From Minisyncoccota bacterium (GTDB lineage Bacteria > Patescibacteriota > Minisyncoccia > Phycocordibacterales > UBA2100), in assembly GCA_035500505.1 (NCBI GenBank), contig DATJXE010000005.1:318-64317 (forward strand): a DNA stretch of 64,000 nucleotides, in the 5' to 3' direction. A program made the translations under genes and the position numbers. The notes beneath the pieces are model-generated. The model was not told the DNA's origin, did not search any database, and was given only the letters and a program-made list of their open reading frames with translations. This document shows, piece after piece, positions 39,026-47,411 of the stretch. Each line of letters begins with the position of its first letter. Within the stretch, counting starts at the first letter, position 1.

Positions 39026-39847
39026 TCAAATCCCGCACAAGAGGCGCGCTTCGTCGAGGACCTGCGGCATGCGGTCCGGCTTTACGCCGTATTCCTGCAG
39101 GAGATGCGAGGTCGTCACGCTTTTGCACAGTACTATCTTGTTGTCCATAAGCCGTTTTTTCTCGCCCTCGCTCAAGGTCGTGAGGCACGTGATGGGGTGC
39201 ACCTTTCCCTCTTCTATCATCGAGAGGAGCCCGCGCGTGCGCGGATAATCCCAGCCGATGAGCGTGAGGTTGGAGCAGCGGGCGTAGCGGATGGCGTTCT
39301 GGGTAAACACGGTGTTCGTCACGAGCCAGCCTTCGTCCACGCGCGAGGAGGAGAGCGGCGCCTGTTTGAGATCGTCGTAGCGCGCCTTCACGTAGAGCGC
39401 GTCCTTGATGTCGGTCTTGCCACCGGGGTCGTTGTGGAACTTCGCTTCAATGCCGACGCGTTTCCCCTGCTTTTCGGCGAGCACGTCGACTTCGTGCGGC
39501 GCGCAACGGCCGCTCAAGGTCACGTCGGCCCGCGCGCTCCAGCCCAGCGCGCGGAGGACTTCGGCGAGGAATTGCTCGAACGGGTATCCCGAAGGGCCGA
39601 GTTCGAAGACCGCGCGCTTCACGGAGTAGCGCGCGGCAACCGGAAGAGACTCCTCCTTTTTCAATATCTCGAACGCGTGGCCGTAGATATCGGCCGTGCG
39701 CACGCCGGGGCGAAGCTCTTTGATCACGTGGGCGACGACTTTCGCGCGCGCCGTCGAGGAAGCGCCCGCGAGCTGCAGGGAGTGTTCCAGCTTCGCAGGA
39801 TCGAACGCCTCCTGCGTACCGTCGGCCTTGGTGATGAGCGGGGTCAT
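39026..39847 (-). CDS. ATP-cone domain fused to an Mrr-like restriction-endonuclease catalytic domain
   Basis: ATG at 39847 gives MTPLITKADGTQEAFDPAKLEHSLQLAGAS (ATP-cone). The C-terminal half has a PD-(D/E)XK Mrr_cat-like core (DVLAEKQGKRVGIEAKFH, then WLVTNTVFT). Confidence 0.65.
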   Translation of the reverse strand: MTPLITKADGTQEAFDPAKLEHSLQLAGASSTARAKVVAHVIKELRPGVRTADIYGHAFEILKKEESLPVAARYSVKRAVFELGPSGYPFEQFLAEVLRALGWSARADVTLSGRCAPHEVDVLAEKQGKRVGIEAKFHNDPGGKTDIKDALYVKARYDDLKQAPLSSSRVDEGWLVTNTVFTQNAIRYARCSNLTLIGWDYPRTRGLLSMIEEGKVHPITCLTTLSEGEKKRLMDNKIVLCKSVTTSHLLQEYGVKPDRMPQVLDEARLLCGI

Positions 39848-40263
39848 GAGGATATGGAGGTCGATGCGGAAAGATCGGGAAGGATCTGTATCGGGAAGCC
39901 TCTGCCGTCGAGCGTCGCGAAGAACGTCACGCCGGCGGACGGAGCAAAGACGACCGTCCTGAATTCTCGCGGTGTCGGCTCTTCGGGACATTGTATGGAA
40001 GGGTCCTGCCACGTCTCGAATATGAGCTGGAACGTCGTCGAAGACATCGGTTTGCTCTGCACGGAGAGTTCGTCGCACGCGAGCGGCACGAGCAGCATAC
40101 CGGAAAAGCGATGCACGCCGGGAGAAAGAACGTCGCGAATGAATACCGGGCCTGCGTTCTCCGCTCCCGCGATGGCAAAGTTCCCGAGCACCGCGAATAT
40201 CGCGAACGACGCCGCGGAGGAAACGATCGCGAACCACACCAAGCGGCGCACCATGTCCCACAT
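39844..40263 (-). CDS. hypothetical 140-aa protein with N-terminal signal/TM
   Basis: ATG at 40263 gives MWDMVRRLVWFAIVSSAASFAIFAVLG. Its stop overlaps the downstream ATP-cone gene start (ATGA). Confidence 0.45.
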   Translation of the reverse strand: MWDMVRRLVWFAIVSSAASFAIFAVLGNFAIAGAENAGPVFIRDVLSPGVHRFSGMLLVPLACDELSVQSKPMSSTTFQLIFETWQDPSIQCPEEPTPREFRTVVFAPSAGVTFFATLDGRGFPIQILPDLSASTSISS

Positions 40264-40292
40264 GCGTTCATTATAGCCGCTAAAATGCGCTG

Positions 40293-41339
40293 CTAGGCGC
40301 TGGCGTTGTTGATGATGCCGCCGCCAAGGCATGTGTCGCCGTCGTAGAGAACGAGCGATTGTCCCGGCGCCGCGATACGTGGACTTTCGAACGTCGCCAC
40401 GAGAGCGCTTTTGCGCGCCTCGATGCTCACCCGAAACGGCGGTTCGCGATAGCGCGCCTGCCCACTCGCAGAAAGTGGGAAGGCTGGCGTTCCGTGTACC
40501 CAACTCGGTTCGAGGAGCGACACAAAACGCCGTGCGGCAGCTTCCCTTTTCGAAGAAACGTGCACGATATTCTTCGGGACGTCGGTCCCAACGACATATT
40601 TCGGCTCGGAACCAGCTGAGGTGAACCCGTGCCGCTCGCCTACCGTGTACAGCGCCGCGCCGTCGTGCGTCCCGACGATTTTTCCGTTCTCGTCGACGAC
40701 ATCGCCGGGCAAGAGCGTGATAAAACGGCCGAGAAAATCTTTCATCGAAACATCCCCGACGAAACACAGGCCCTGACTGTCAGGTTTTTCGGCGTTCGGC
40801 AGGTCGAATTTCTTCGCCAGCGCGCGGACATCGCTCTTTTTGTACCCGCCGATCGGGAACAGCGTTCTCGACAGGTCACTCTGACCAAGGCGATACAAAA
40901 AATACGACTGGTCTTTGTTCGGGTCGAGGGCGCGAAGAAGCTTGAATTGTCCGTTCACCTCTCGAATGCGAGCATAGTGGCCCGTCGCCACCCTGTCGGC
41001 GCCGCTCGCAAAAGCCCACGTTGCAAAATGGCCGAACTTGATGGAGCGATTGCAAAGCACGTCGGGGTTGGGCGTGATGCCTCGTTGGTAGTCTTCTATC
41101 ATGCTTCTCACGACCTCCCGTTTGTATTCTTCCGAAAGATCGATCTCGCGAAACGGTATCTGCAGCGCCGCGCACACGCGCATGGCGTCGAGCCGGTCTT
41201 CTTGCCACGTGCACTCGATGAATTCCGGCGACCATATCTTGATGAACGCGCCGACGACATCGAAGCCCTGCTCCTTCAAAAGCGCGGCCGACACGGCGCT
41301 GTCCACGCCGCCCGAAAGTCCGACGTACACGGTCTTCAT
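40293..41339 (-). CDS. mnmA: tRNA-specific 2-thiouridylase
   Basis: PP-loop VYVGLSGGVDSAVSA and conserved Cys residues. 348 aa. Confidence 0.9.
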   Translation of the reverse strand: MKTVYVGLSGGVDSAVSAALLKEQGFDVVGAFIKIWSPEFIECTWQEDRLDAMRVCAALQIPFREIDLSEEYKREVVRSMIEDYQRGITPNPDVLCNRSIKFGHFATWAFASGADRVATGHYARIREVNGQFKLLRALDPNKDQSYFLYRLGQSDLSRTLFPIGGYKKSDVRALAKKFDLPNAEKPDSQGLCFVGDVSMKDFLGRFITLLPGDVVDENGKIVGTHDGAALYTVGERHGFTSAGSEPKYVVGTDVPKNIVHVSSKREAAARRFVSLLEPSWVHGTPAFPLSASGQARYREPPFRVSIEARKSALVATFESPRIAAPGQSLVLYDGDTCLGGGIINNASA

Positions 41340-41362
41340 CGGGCGAGTGTACTACCGTTGCC

Positions 41363-42397
41363 TCACGTGCCCAAGTAGATGCGTTGGTTCTGGAGTTGGC
41401 AGGCGTACGTCTTGCAGTAGTGCGTGACACCGTGCTTGTCGGCCAGGTAGTAGAGGTACTGGGTCGTGATGGGATCCAATGCGTCCTGGAGCGAATCGAG
41501 CGAGGGATTCCCGATCGGGGTCGGAGGAAGCCCTTTGTGCGCGTATGTATTGTATGGCGTGTCCGCTTTGAGGTCCGTGATGGTGAGCGCCGAGTCCGCT
41601 TTTCCGTTCTCGTAGATGAGCGTGGAGTCTACCTGGAGCGGAAGTCCCAATGCGAGACGATGCCAAAGAATGCCCGCGATGGTCCGGCGGTCCTGCGTGT
41701 TGGCGGCCTCTTTTTCGAGCATGGAAGCCATCGTAACGATATCCGAGAGCGAATGCGTCGAGCTCGCGATCTGCGGGAGGAGCGGTGCCACCTGGGTATT
41801 GAAATCTTGCCGCATCGCCTCTATGACCGTCCCTTCGGTCGAATTCGGAAGGAAGAAATACGTGTCCGGGAAAAGGTATCCCTCCATGGTCCCCGTTTGC
41901 GCAAGGAAATTGCTGGCGTTGAAGCGCGGAAGTTCCGCCTCGAACACCGGCGCCATCTGCCTCATCGTCGCTCCCTCGGGAATGCGGATGCGGATCGGGA
42001 CGAGGCCATAGGCGCCTACCGAAAGCGCGCGAGCGATCGAGAAAACCGTTTCCGGTTGTTTGAATTCGTAATCGCCCGCATAGATGCCGCGTTCGCGTCC
42101 GAACAAGGTGACAAGTGCTTTGAACACGAGCGGGCTGCGCACGACGCCATCCTCGTACAGCGTTCGCGCGATGGCGTCGAGCGACGCTCCTTCCGGAACG
42201 GTAACGAGCTGGCCGGTAGGAAAATTCTTCGGCGGCTGTATGACCGCAAGATACAAAACCGCGATGCAAGCGCCGACAACGACCGTTATCGCGAGCGTGC
42301 GACGATTGGTGTGCTCGCGCCACTCCTTGGAGAGGCGCTTTTGCAGGTTATCCGACCACGCGAAGAACCGTTCGAGAAAACGCTGGATGGGATCCAT
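41363..42397 (-). CDS. mltG: endolytic murein transglycosylase (YceG family)
   Basis: N-terminal TM and a YceG-like domain (LASIVEKEA motif seen as MASMLEKEA). Confidence 0.8.
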   Translation of the reverse strand: MDPIQRFLERFFAWSDNLQKRLSKEWREHTNRRTLAITVVVGACIAVLYLAVIQPPKNFPTGQLVTVPEGASLDAIARTLYEDGVVRSPLVFKALVTLFGRERGIYAGDYEFKQPETVFSIARALSVGAYGLVPIRIRIPEGATMRQMAPVFEAELPRFNASNFLAQTGTMEGYLFPDTYFFLPNSTEGTVIEAMRQDFNTQVAPLLPQIASSTHSLSDIVTMASMLEKEAANTQDRRTIAGILWHRLALGLPLQVDSTLIYENGKADSALTITDLKADTPYNTYAHKGLPPTPIGNPSLDSLQDALDPITTQYLYYLADKHGVTHYCKTYACQLQNQRIYLGT

Positions 42398-42406
42398 GAG
42401 CGAGCG

Positions 42407-43867
42407 TTACGTCGGCAAGTTCGAAGGCGGCGGCGCTTTCGTTGCGGGGATGCGCTCGAGTCCGGGCACGGCGACCGTACGGGACGGCGGATGCCAGAGG
42501 GTCGCGAGTTCCTCGACGGTGAGAACGTTGGTGGGAAGGATCCATGGTGTGTGAAAACCAGCGCGCCTGCGATAGCAGTCGAAAAAGCGGCTGGCCGTCA
42601 TCGTGTTGCGACGATAGCCGGCGAAGTCCTGCCAGGGATAGTCGTACGGATTGTGCCAACGACGCGGACGCAGGTGGGTCATGTAGGATTGATTCCCGAA
42701 CGCTTTCCAGATCCAGCGCACACTGGTGAAGAAGGGTCCTCTCACCTCTCCACTCGTTATGTAGACCCCATGACCGACGAACTCGAATGGCAACTTTGAG
42801 AGATTGCGCTCCATGCTCTGCATCATCTGGTTCTGCCGCCAGGACGGACGTATCTGCGGCGGGCGAGCGTCCTCGTCGAGCCCCGCTTCTTCCATCTCAC
42901 TTCTGAGCAATGACTGCGGGACGATCGCGCCGTGCACGCGCACCTTGCTCACCTCTTCTTCCATGGCCTCGCGCCATTCCGTGTCGCGTTCTTGAGTGTT
43001 GAGAATATTGTATTTGCCGGCGCGGCGGATGACGAGCGAGACCCAGATCTGCTCGTGGGGTTTTATCGAACCCATGAACTCCAGGATCGTGCCGAGCGGG
43101 TCGACTTTGTGTTCTTCTTTTGGATCCTTGTCGAGCTCGAAATCGACGTACGTTTTTATGGGATAGCAGTCGGAACGCGGGAAATCTCCTTTACCGTATA
43201 CGCCGCCCTTATTGTGCGGCTCCTTGCGCCAGTCGGTCGCGAAGCACCAATGTTTCTTCGGGTCGAGCACGAACTTGGAGGCATAGTCCTCAACTTCGTA
43301 GAGCTCGACTTCCGGATATTGGCCGTAGATGCTCTGCTCGACGAAGTTGCGGTAGTTGCCCCAGCACCAGATATAGAAATGTACGTCGCCGCCGAAGCTC
43401 GCGATCTCAAGCGCGTACCAAGGTCTCACCTGCCCCTTCCATCCCCGGTCCAAAAAGGTCGTCTCGCCCGATGAAAGCCAGAGGTTGGTGAGCGCGACCT
43501 CCATCGCGCGAGGCGACTTCGTTATCTCACGCGGGATCTTCATTTCGAGCAAAACCGGCTTGCGGCCGGCGATGAAGTGGGACTGCACGTACCACACCCA
43601 CACCCGCCACGTGCCGATAATGAGCCCTATCGGGAGCCAAACGGGGGCGGTTCCCGCCAACCACGCGAGCGTAAAAAGCGGCAAGCTGGGGATCTCGAAA
43701 GAGAGGATAGCGTACAGTCCCGCGAACAGTATCATACAAGCCATCCCGCGCGAGATACCCCACTCCCCCACGTTGTCGATGAAGGTATGCAGGTTGAAAA
43801 TATTAAAACCGAGCACCTTTTTTTCTATTACCTCGCCTGCTTCGGCCAAAAAGGTATCTTCCGCCAT
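42407..43867 (-). CDS. hypothetical membrane protein with a large soluble domain
   Basis: Trimmed to MAEDTFLAEAG. 2-3 N-terminal TM helices, then a roughly 380-aa W/Y-rich domain. Confidence 0.55.
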   Translation of the reverse strand: MAEDTFLAEAGEVIEKKVLGFNIFNLHTFIDNVGEWGISRGMACMILFAGLYAILSFEIPSLPLFTLAWLAGTAPVWLPIGLIIGTWRVWVWYVQSHFIAGRKPVLLEMKIPREITKSPRAMEVALTNLWLSSGETTFLDRGWKGQVRPWYALEIASFGGDVHFYIWCWGNYRNFVEQSIYGQYPEVELYEVEDYASKFVLDPKKHWCFATDWRKEPHNKGGVYGKGDFPRSDCYPIKTYVDFELDKDPKEEHKVDPLGTILEFMGSIKPHEQIWVSLVIRRAGKYNILNTQERDTEWREAMEEEVSKVRVHGAIVPQSLLRSEMEEAGLDEDARPPQIRPSWRQNQMMQSMERNLSKLPFEFVGHGVYITSGEVRGPFFTSVRWIWKAFGNQSYMTHLRPRRWHNPYDYPWQDFAGYRRNTMTASRFFDCYRRRAGFHTPWILPTNVLTVEELATLWHPPSRTVAVPGLERIPATKAPPPSNLPT

Positions 43868-43899
43868 GCGTAAAAGTATAGCACCGGAAACAACGATGT

Positions 43900-44017
43900 G
43901 CGGCGCGGGTAATGGCAACTTTTTTCTGCTGCGGGGCGCATTGTGTTCCAGGTTCTTATGCCGGGCGCCATGGGCGCTTTATCCTCGCGGGAAAAAAGTT
44001 GCCATCACCCGCGCCGC
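43900..44017. repeat. 26-bp imperfect inverted repeat (25/26) with a 66-nt GC-rich loop
   Basis: gcggcgcgggtaatggcaactttttt (43900..43925) pairs with aaaaaagttgccatcacccgcgccgc (43992..44017). Confidence 0.7.
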
Positions 44018-44026
44018 TAACCCTTT

Positions 44027-45049
44027 TTATTTCGCGAGCGAGTAACGCCCGTCGGAAAGCTTCGTGAACGCGTTGCTCTGGAGGTTGACCGCGATGGTGG
44101 CGTCTTTGACGTAGCGTTCGCGCTTCACGCGATCGATGATGTCCTCGCGAGAGAGCGGCCCTTCACGCTTCAAGATGCCTTTGATGACATCGCGAACGAC
44201 GCCCGGTTCGTAGCCCCACTCTTTGAGCGCGTAGAGTCCGCGGCCCACCAAGACGAATCGTCCGTCTTTGATGAGTTCATTGTGGGTCGTCGCTGGATGC
44301 GCCTCGCGGCCGAACAATTTTTCTATTCCCTTGGCGACTTCGGTGAAGTGCATGGGGGAACCGTGGCGCTTCAAGGTGAGGTAGGCGAAGTCGCGCGTGT
44401 TCTTGATGCGCACGTGCGGCGAATCCTGCCGTCCCCACTCGCCCAGCGGGTTCTTGCCGATGCGCTTCGAGATGAGGAGCCAGCGGCGCATCGAGTGCTC
44501 GTCGCGCGGCTTCACGCCCTCCTGCTTCAAATGCTTCGCGAAGAGCTGCAAAAATTCCTCCTCGGGGGTCAGGCGGTTCAGCTCGATGGCGTCATACAGA
44601 CTCGAGAGCGCGGCCTCAACGGATTCGGCAAGCTGCGCGTCGGTGTGCCAACGGTCGTGGAAATCGGAGGTTTCGCGCCGGTCGTCGAAATGATGTCCCA
44701 CGGTAAGAAGGAAGATGACGTGGTTCTCCTCGGCCGGGGTCTTCGCCAATTCCTGGAGGATCGTCGCTTCGGCCAGGATGCCGCCGAGCATCGCGATGGC
44801 GCGCTTCATTTCCTCGAATTCCTGCGCATGCGCGGCGTAGCCCTCGGAGTCGCGCACGGAAGCAAGTCCGTGATTCTCGATCTGACGAATGCGCTCGCGG
44901 GTGATGCCGTACTCCTTGCCGATGGCATCCAGTGTCCGGGTCCTCCCCGACGGATTGAGACCGAAACGGTCGACGAGCACCTTCCGGGAACGCTCCGGCA
45001 GGTCTGAAAGAAGGTCTTTTGTGACGTTTTTGGGTTGGAATGAAAGCAT
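44027..45049 (-). CDS. transcription-factor-like protein: N-terminal sigma-70 region-4 HTH plus a C-terminal winged-HTH-like region
   Basis: DLPERSRKVLVDRFGLNPSGRTRTLDAIGKEYGITRERIRQIENHGLASVRD matches region 4.2. The C-terminal roughly 100 aa (FTEVAKGIEKLFG...) resembles a HARE-HTH/RNAP-delta-like domain. No region 2 is present. Confidence 0.55.
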   Translation of the reverse strand: MLSFQPKNVTKDLLSDLPERSRKVLVDRFGLNPSGRTRTLDAIGKEYGITRERIRQIENHGLASVRDSEGYAAHAQEFEEMKRAIAMLGGILAEATILQELAKTPAEENHVIFLLTVGHHFDDRRETSDFHDRWHTDAQLAESVEAALSSLYDAIELNRLTPEEEFLQLFAKHLKQEGVKPRDEHSMRRWLLISKRIGKNPLGEWGRQDSPHVRIKNTRDFAYLTLKRHGSPMHFTEVAKGIEKLFGREAHPATTHNELIKDGRFVLVGRGLYALKEWGYEPGVVRDVIKGILKREGPLSREDIIDRVKRERYVKDATIAVNLQSNAFTKLSDGRYSLAK

Positions 45050-45123
45050 GGGTCTTTGGGGCCAATTGACTGTGCAATTTGGTGTGGCTTTGTTATATCA
45101 AACCCCCCTCCCCATGTCAAATT

Positions 45124-46107
45124 TCACTCCGCTTCGAACAATGCGCTCAAGGATTCCCCGCTCTCGATGCGTTTGATGGCATCGGCGAAGAGGGGTGCTA
45201 CGGAAACGACTTCTATCTTTTTGGACATTTCGCGCTCCGGGGAGATGGTATCGGTTATGAACATCCGCTCGATGGGTGAAGCGTCGATGGTCTTGTTGGC
45301 TTCGCCAGAAAGAACGCCATGCGTCGCTGCGGCATAGACCTCTTTGGCGCCGTTTTCCTTGAGAAGCACCGCTGCACGAGCGAGCGTGCCGCACGTATCG
45401 GCCATGTCGTCGGTGATGAGCGCGATCTTTCCGGAAACATCGCCGATGAGCTTCATTCGGGCGACTTGATTCGGAATGTCGCGTTCTTTGTGAATGATGG
45501 CGAGATCGGCTGCCTTCATGAGCCGCTTCGCATAGGATTGCGCGCGGACGACACCGCCTGCGTCCGGTGAGACGACGACGAGGTCGTCTTTTGCGAGGGC
45601 ATCCTTGAAGAATTCCTTGAAAAAAGAAATGAAGGCCGGGCGTGCATAGAGGTAATCGACCAACGTGTCGCGGAAAAATCCGCCGATGGCGTCGTTGTGG
45701 AGATCCATGGTGAGCAGACGCGTCGTGCGAAGGGCATCGAGCGCGGTCGCAAAGACGCGCGCGGATATCGGTTCGCGCGGACGCGCCTTCCTATCCTGCC
45801 GCGCGTACCCGAAGTACGGCACGACCGCCGTTATCTCATGCGCGGAGGCACCACGCGCCGCGTCTATAGCGAGCAGAAGTCTCGCCCAATTCTCCGCGGG
45901 CGGCACGGTCGGCTGGATGAGGTAGACGTTCTTGCCGCGCAAATTTTCCAAGAACTGCACCTGCTGTTCACCGTCCGCGAAGGTCTTGCATTTGATCTGC
46001 CCCAGCGGCGCACCGACTTTTTCTGAGATGGACCTGGCGAGCGCATCGTTGCCACCGAGACTGAAGATGCGAAATTCCATGGCAAGAGTATACCTCGAAA
46101 TATTCAA
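45124..46107 (-). CDS. prs: ribose-phosphate pyrophosphokinase; alternative start at 46080
   Basis: PRPP-binding loop VSPDAGGVVRAQ. The N-terminal half is canonical Prs. Confidence 0.9.
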   Translation of the reverse strand: MNISRYTLAMEFRIFSLGGNDALARSISEKVGAPLGQIKCKTFADGEQQVQFLENLRGKNVYLIQPTVPPAENWARLLLAIDAARGASAHEITAVVPYFGYARQDRKARPREPISARVFATALDALRTTRLLTMDLHNDAIGGFFRDTLVDYLYARPAFISFFKEFFKDALAKDDLVVVSPDAGGVVRAQSYAKRLMKAADLAIIHKERDIPNQVARMKLIGDVSGKIALITDDMADTCGTLARAAVLLKENGAKEVYAAATHGVLSGEANKTIDASPIERMFITDTISPEREMSKKIEVVSVAPLFADAIKRIESGESLSALFEAE

Positions 46108-47189
46108 CCGCGAATACCCAAATTGACGGGCACGGCCGATGGCGGGGCGGTATCAGGAGATGAAAAGCCGAAGAAGGAACGAATGCCGTCGATGGCTTTG
46201 ATGCTATCCGTCACGATGGTGCTGCCGACCCGCTGAAAAAAGTTCTGCGGCGGCGCGGAGTTGGCAATGGTGTCGCTGTTTCCGAACGTTTGTGGGCTCA
46301 AGGTGTTGCCCGACGCATTCACGAACGTCGGCTGCGACGGTCCGTCAAAAGCGCCCGAGGTCGGTGTCGCCCCTCCGGTGTCCGTTTGTGGCGCTCCGGC
46401 AAGCTGCATCGAGCTCGTTTGGGACAACTCGGGATTCAAGTTTGCCGTTTCCGGGGCCTGCATCGTGAATATCGACGACTGGGCCGTAGCTTCCGGTTGA
46501 ACGGTCCCTTCCGGGGATAGGTTGGTCGCGGTGGGGCCTGTAGTCGGGGGCGGATTTACCGCGCCGGTTTGTTCGACGGTCGGGAGCGAGATGGGCTTGT
46601 CGGCGCTCACGGTCGGCGTTGGCGTTCCGCCCGTGCTGATGGAATCCGACAACGGCGTGATGCTCTTTGCGGCGGCGCAGACGCTCCCCTCACACGCGGT
46701 CACCGCGCAGGTGCCCGCCGGCACCGACGCGTCCGGATATGCGGTTTCGGTAATGACCCCCGCGGCACTTTCGTTCGTCGTCGCTTTTTTGCCGACGCAC
46801 ACGTAGCTTGCCGGGTTGGTCGGACTCAATCCAGCCGCGTTGGGGTTGAGGATGGCGGCGACGCATTGATCCTGAAAGTTGAGGTTGTTGCTGTCGGTGA
46901 TGACCGTCTCGGTGTCACCGCGCCCTCGCGCGGCGGCTTTCTTTTTTGCTTGGTCGCAAGCGGTCGTTTCGGATGTCGAGGTGACCGGCGCGTCACTCGC
47001 ATTTACCTGTACCGCTTGCGCCTCGAGCGCGGTGGGTTCGAACGTGTTGTAGGCTCTGATGCCGGCCGCCGAAGCGAGCACCACAACTGCAACGACGGCA
47101 CTCGTTGCGGTCGCCGTCTCCAGGATCCTCGCAAAGACGCTTTTGTGCTCGTCCACGCGAGTAATTGTAGCAGGCGACTCGCCAATCAT
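46104..47189 (-). CDS. secreted or membrane-anchored T/P/A-rich, Cys-containing low-complexity protein
   Basis: One N-terminal TM. 8 Cys. Long T/P/S/A tracts. Its stop overlaps the prs start. Confidence 0.5.
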   Translation of the reverse strand: MIGESPATITRVDEHKSVFARILETATATSAVVAVVVLASAAGIRAYNTFEPTALEAQAVQVNASDAPVTSTSETTACDQAKKKAAARGRGDTETVITDSNNLNFQDQCVAAILNPNAAGLSPTNPASYVCVGKKATTNESAAGVITETAYPDASVPAGTCAVTACEGSVCAAAKSITPLSDSISTGGTPTPTVSADKPISLPTVEQTGAVNPPPTTGPTATNLSPEGTVQPEATAQSSIFTMQAPETANLNPELSQTSSMQLAGAPQTDTGGATPTSGAFDGPSQPTFVNASGNTLSPQTFGNSDTIANSAPPQNFFQRVGSTIVTDSIKAIDGIRSFFGFSSPDTAPPSAVPVNLGIRG

Positions 47190-47214
47190 CCGCGCGAATG
47201 TATAATTCTTCCGC

Positions 47215-47288
47215 GCACCTTTAGCTCAGTTGGTTAGAGCGTTCGATTCACATTCGAAAGGTCGTTGGTTCGAATCCAACAAGGTGCA
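47215..47288 (+). tRNA. tRNA-Val (anticodon CAC)
   Basis: Hand-folded cloverleaf. Acceptor GCACCUU/AAGGUGC. D-arm UAGCUCAGUUGGUUAGAGC. Anticodon stem UUCGA/UCGAA with loop UUCACAU. T-arm GUUGG-UUCGAAU-CCAAC. Confidence 0.75.
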
Positions 47289-47411
47289 CAAATTTTAATT
47301 TGGCAGCTTGTTGAGGAGGGGGTCGGGGAACCGGCAGGTTCCCCGTGGAGGAAGGATTGGGAAAACCGAGGGTTTCCCAGAATTCATGGTGCACAGGCGT
47401 ATAATGAACAA

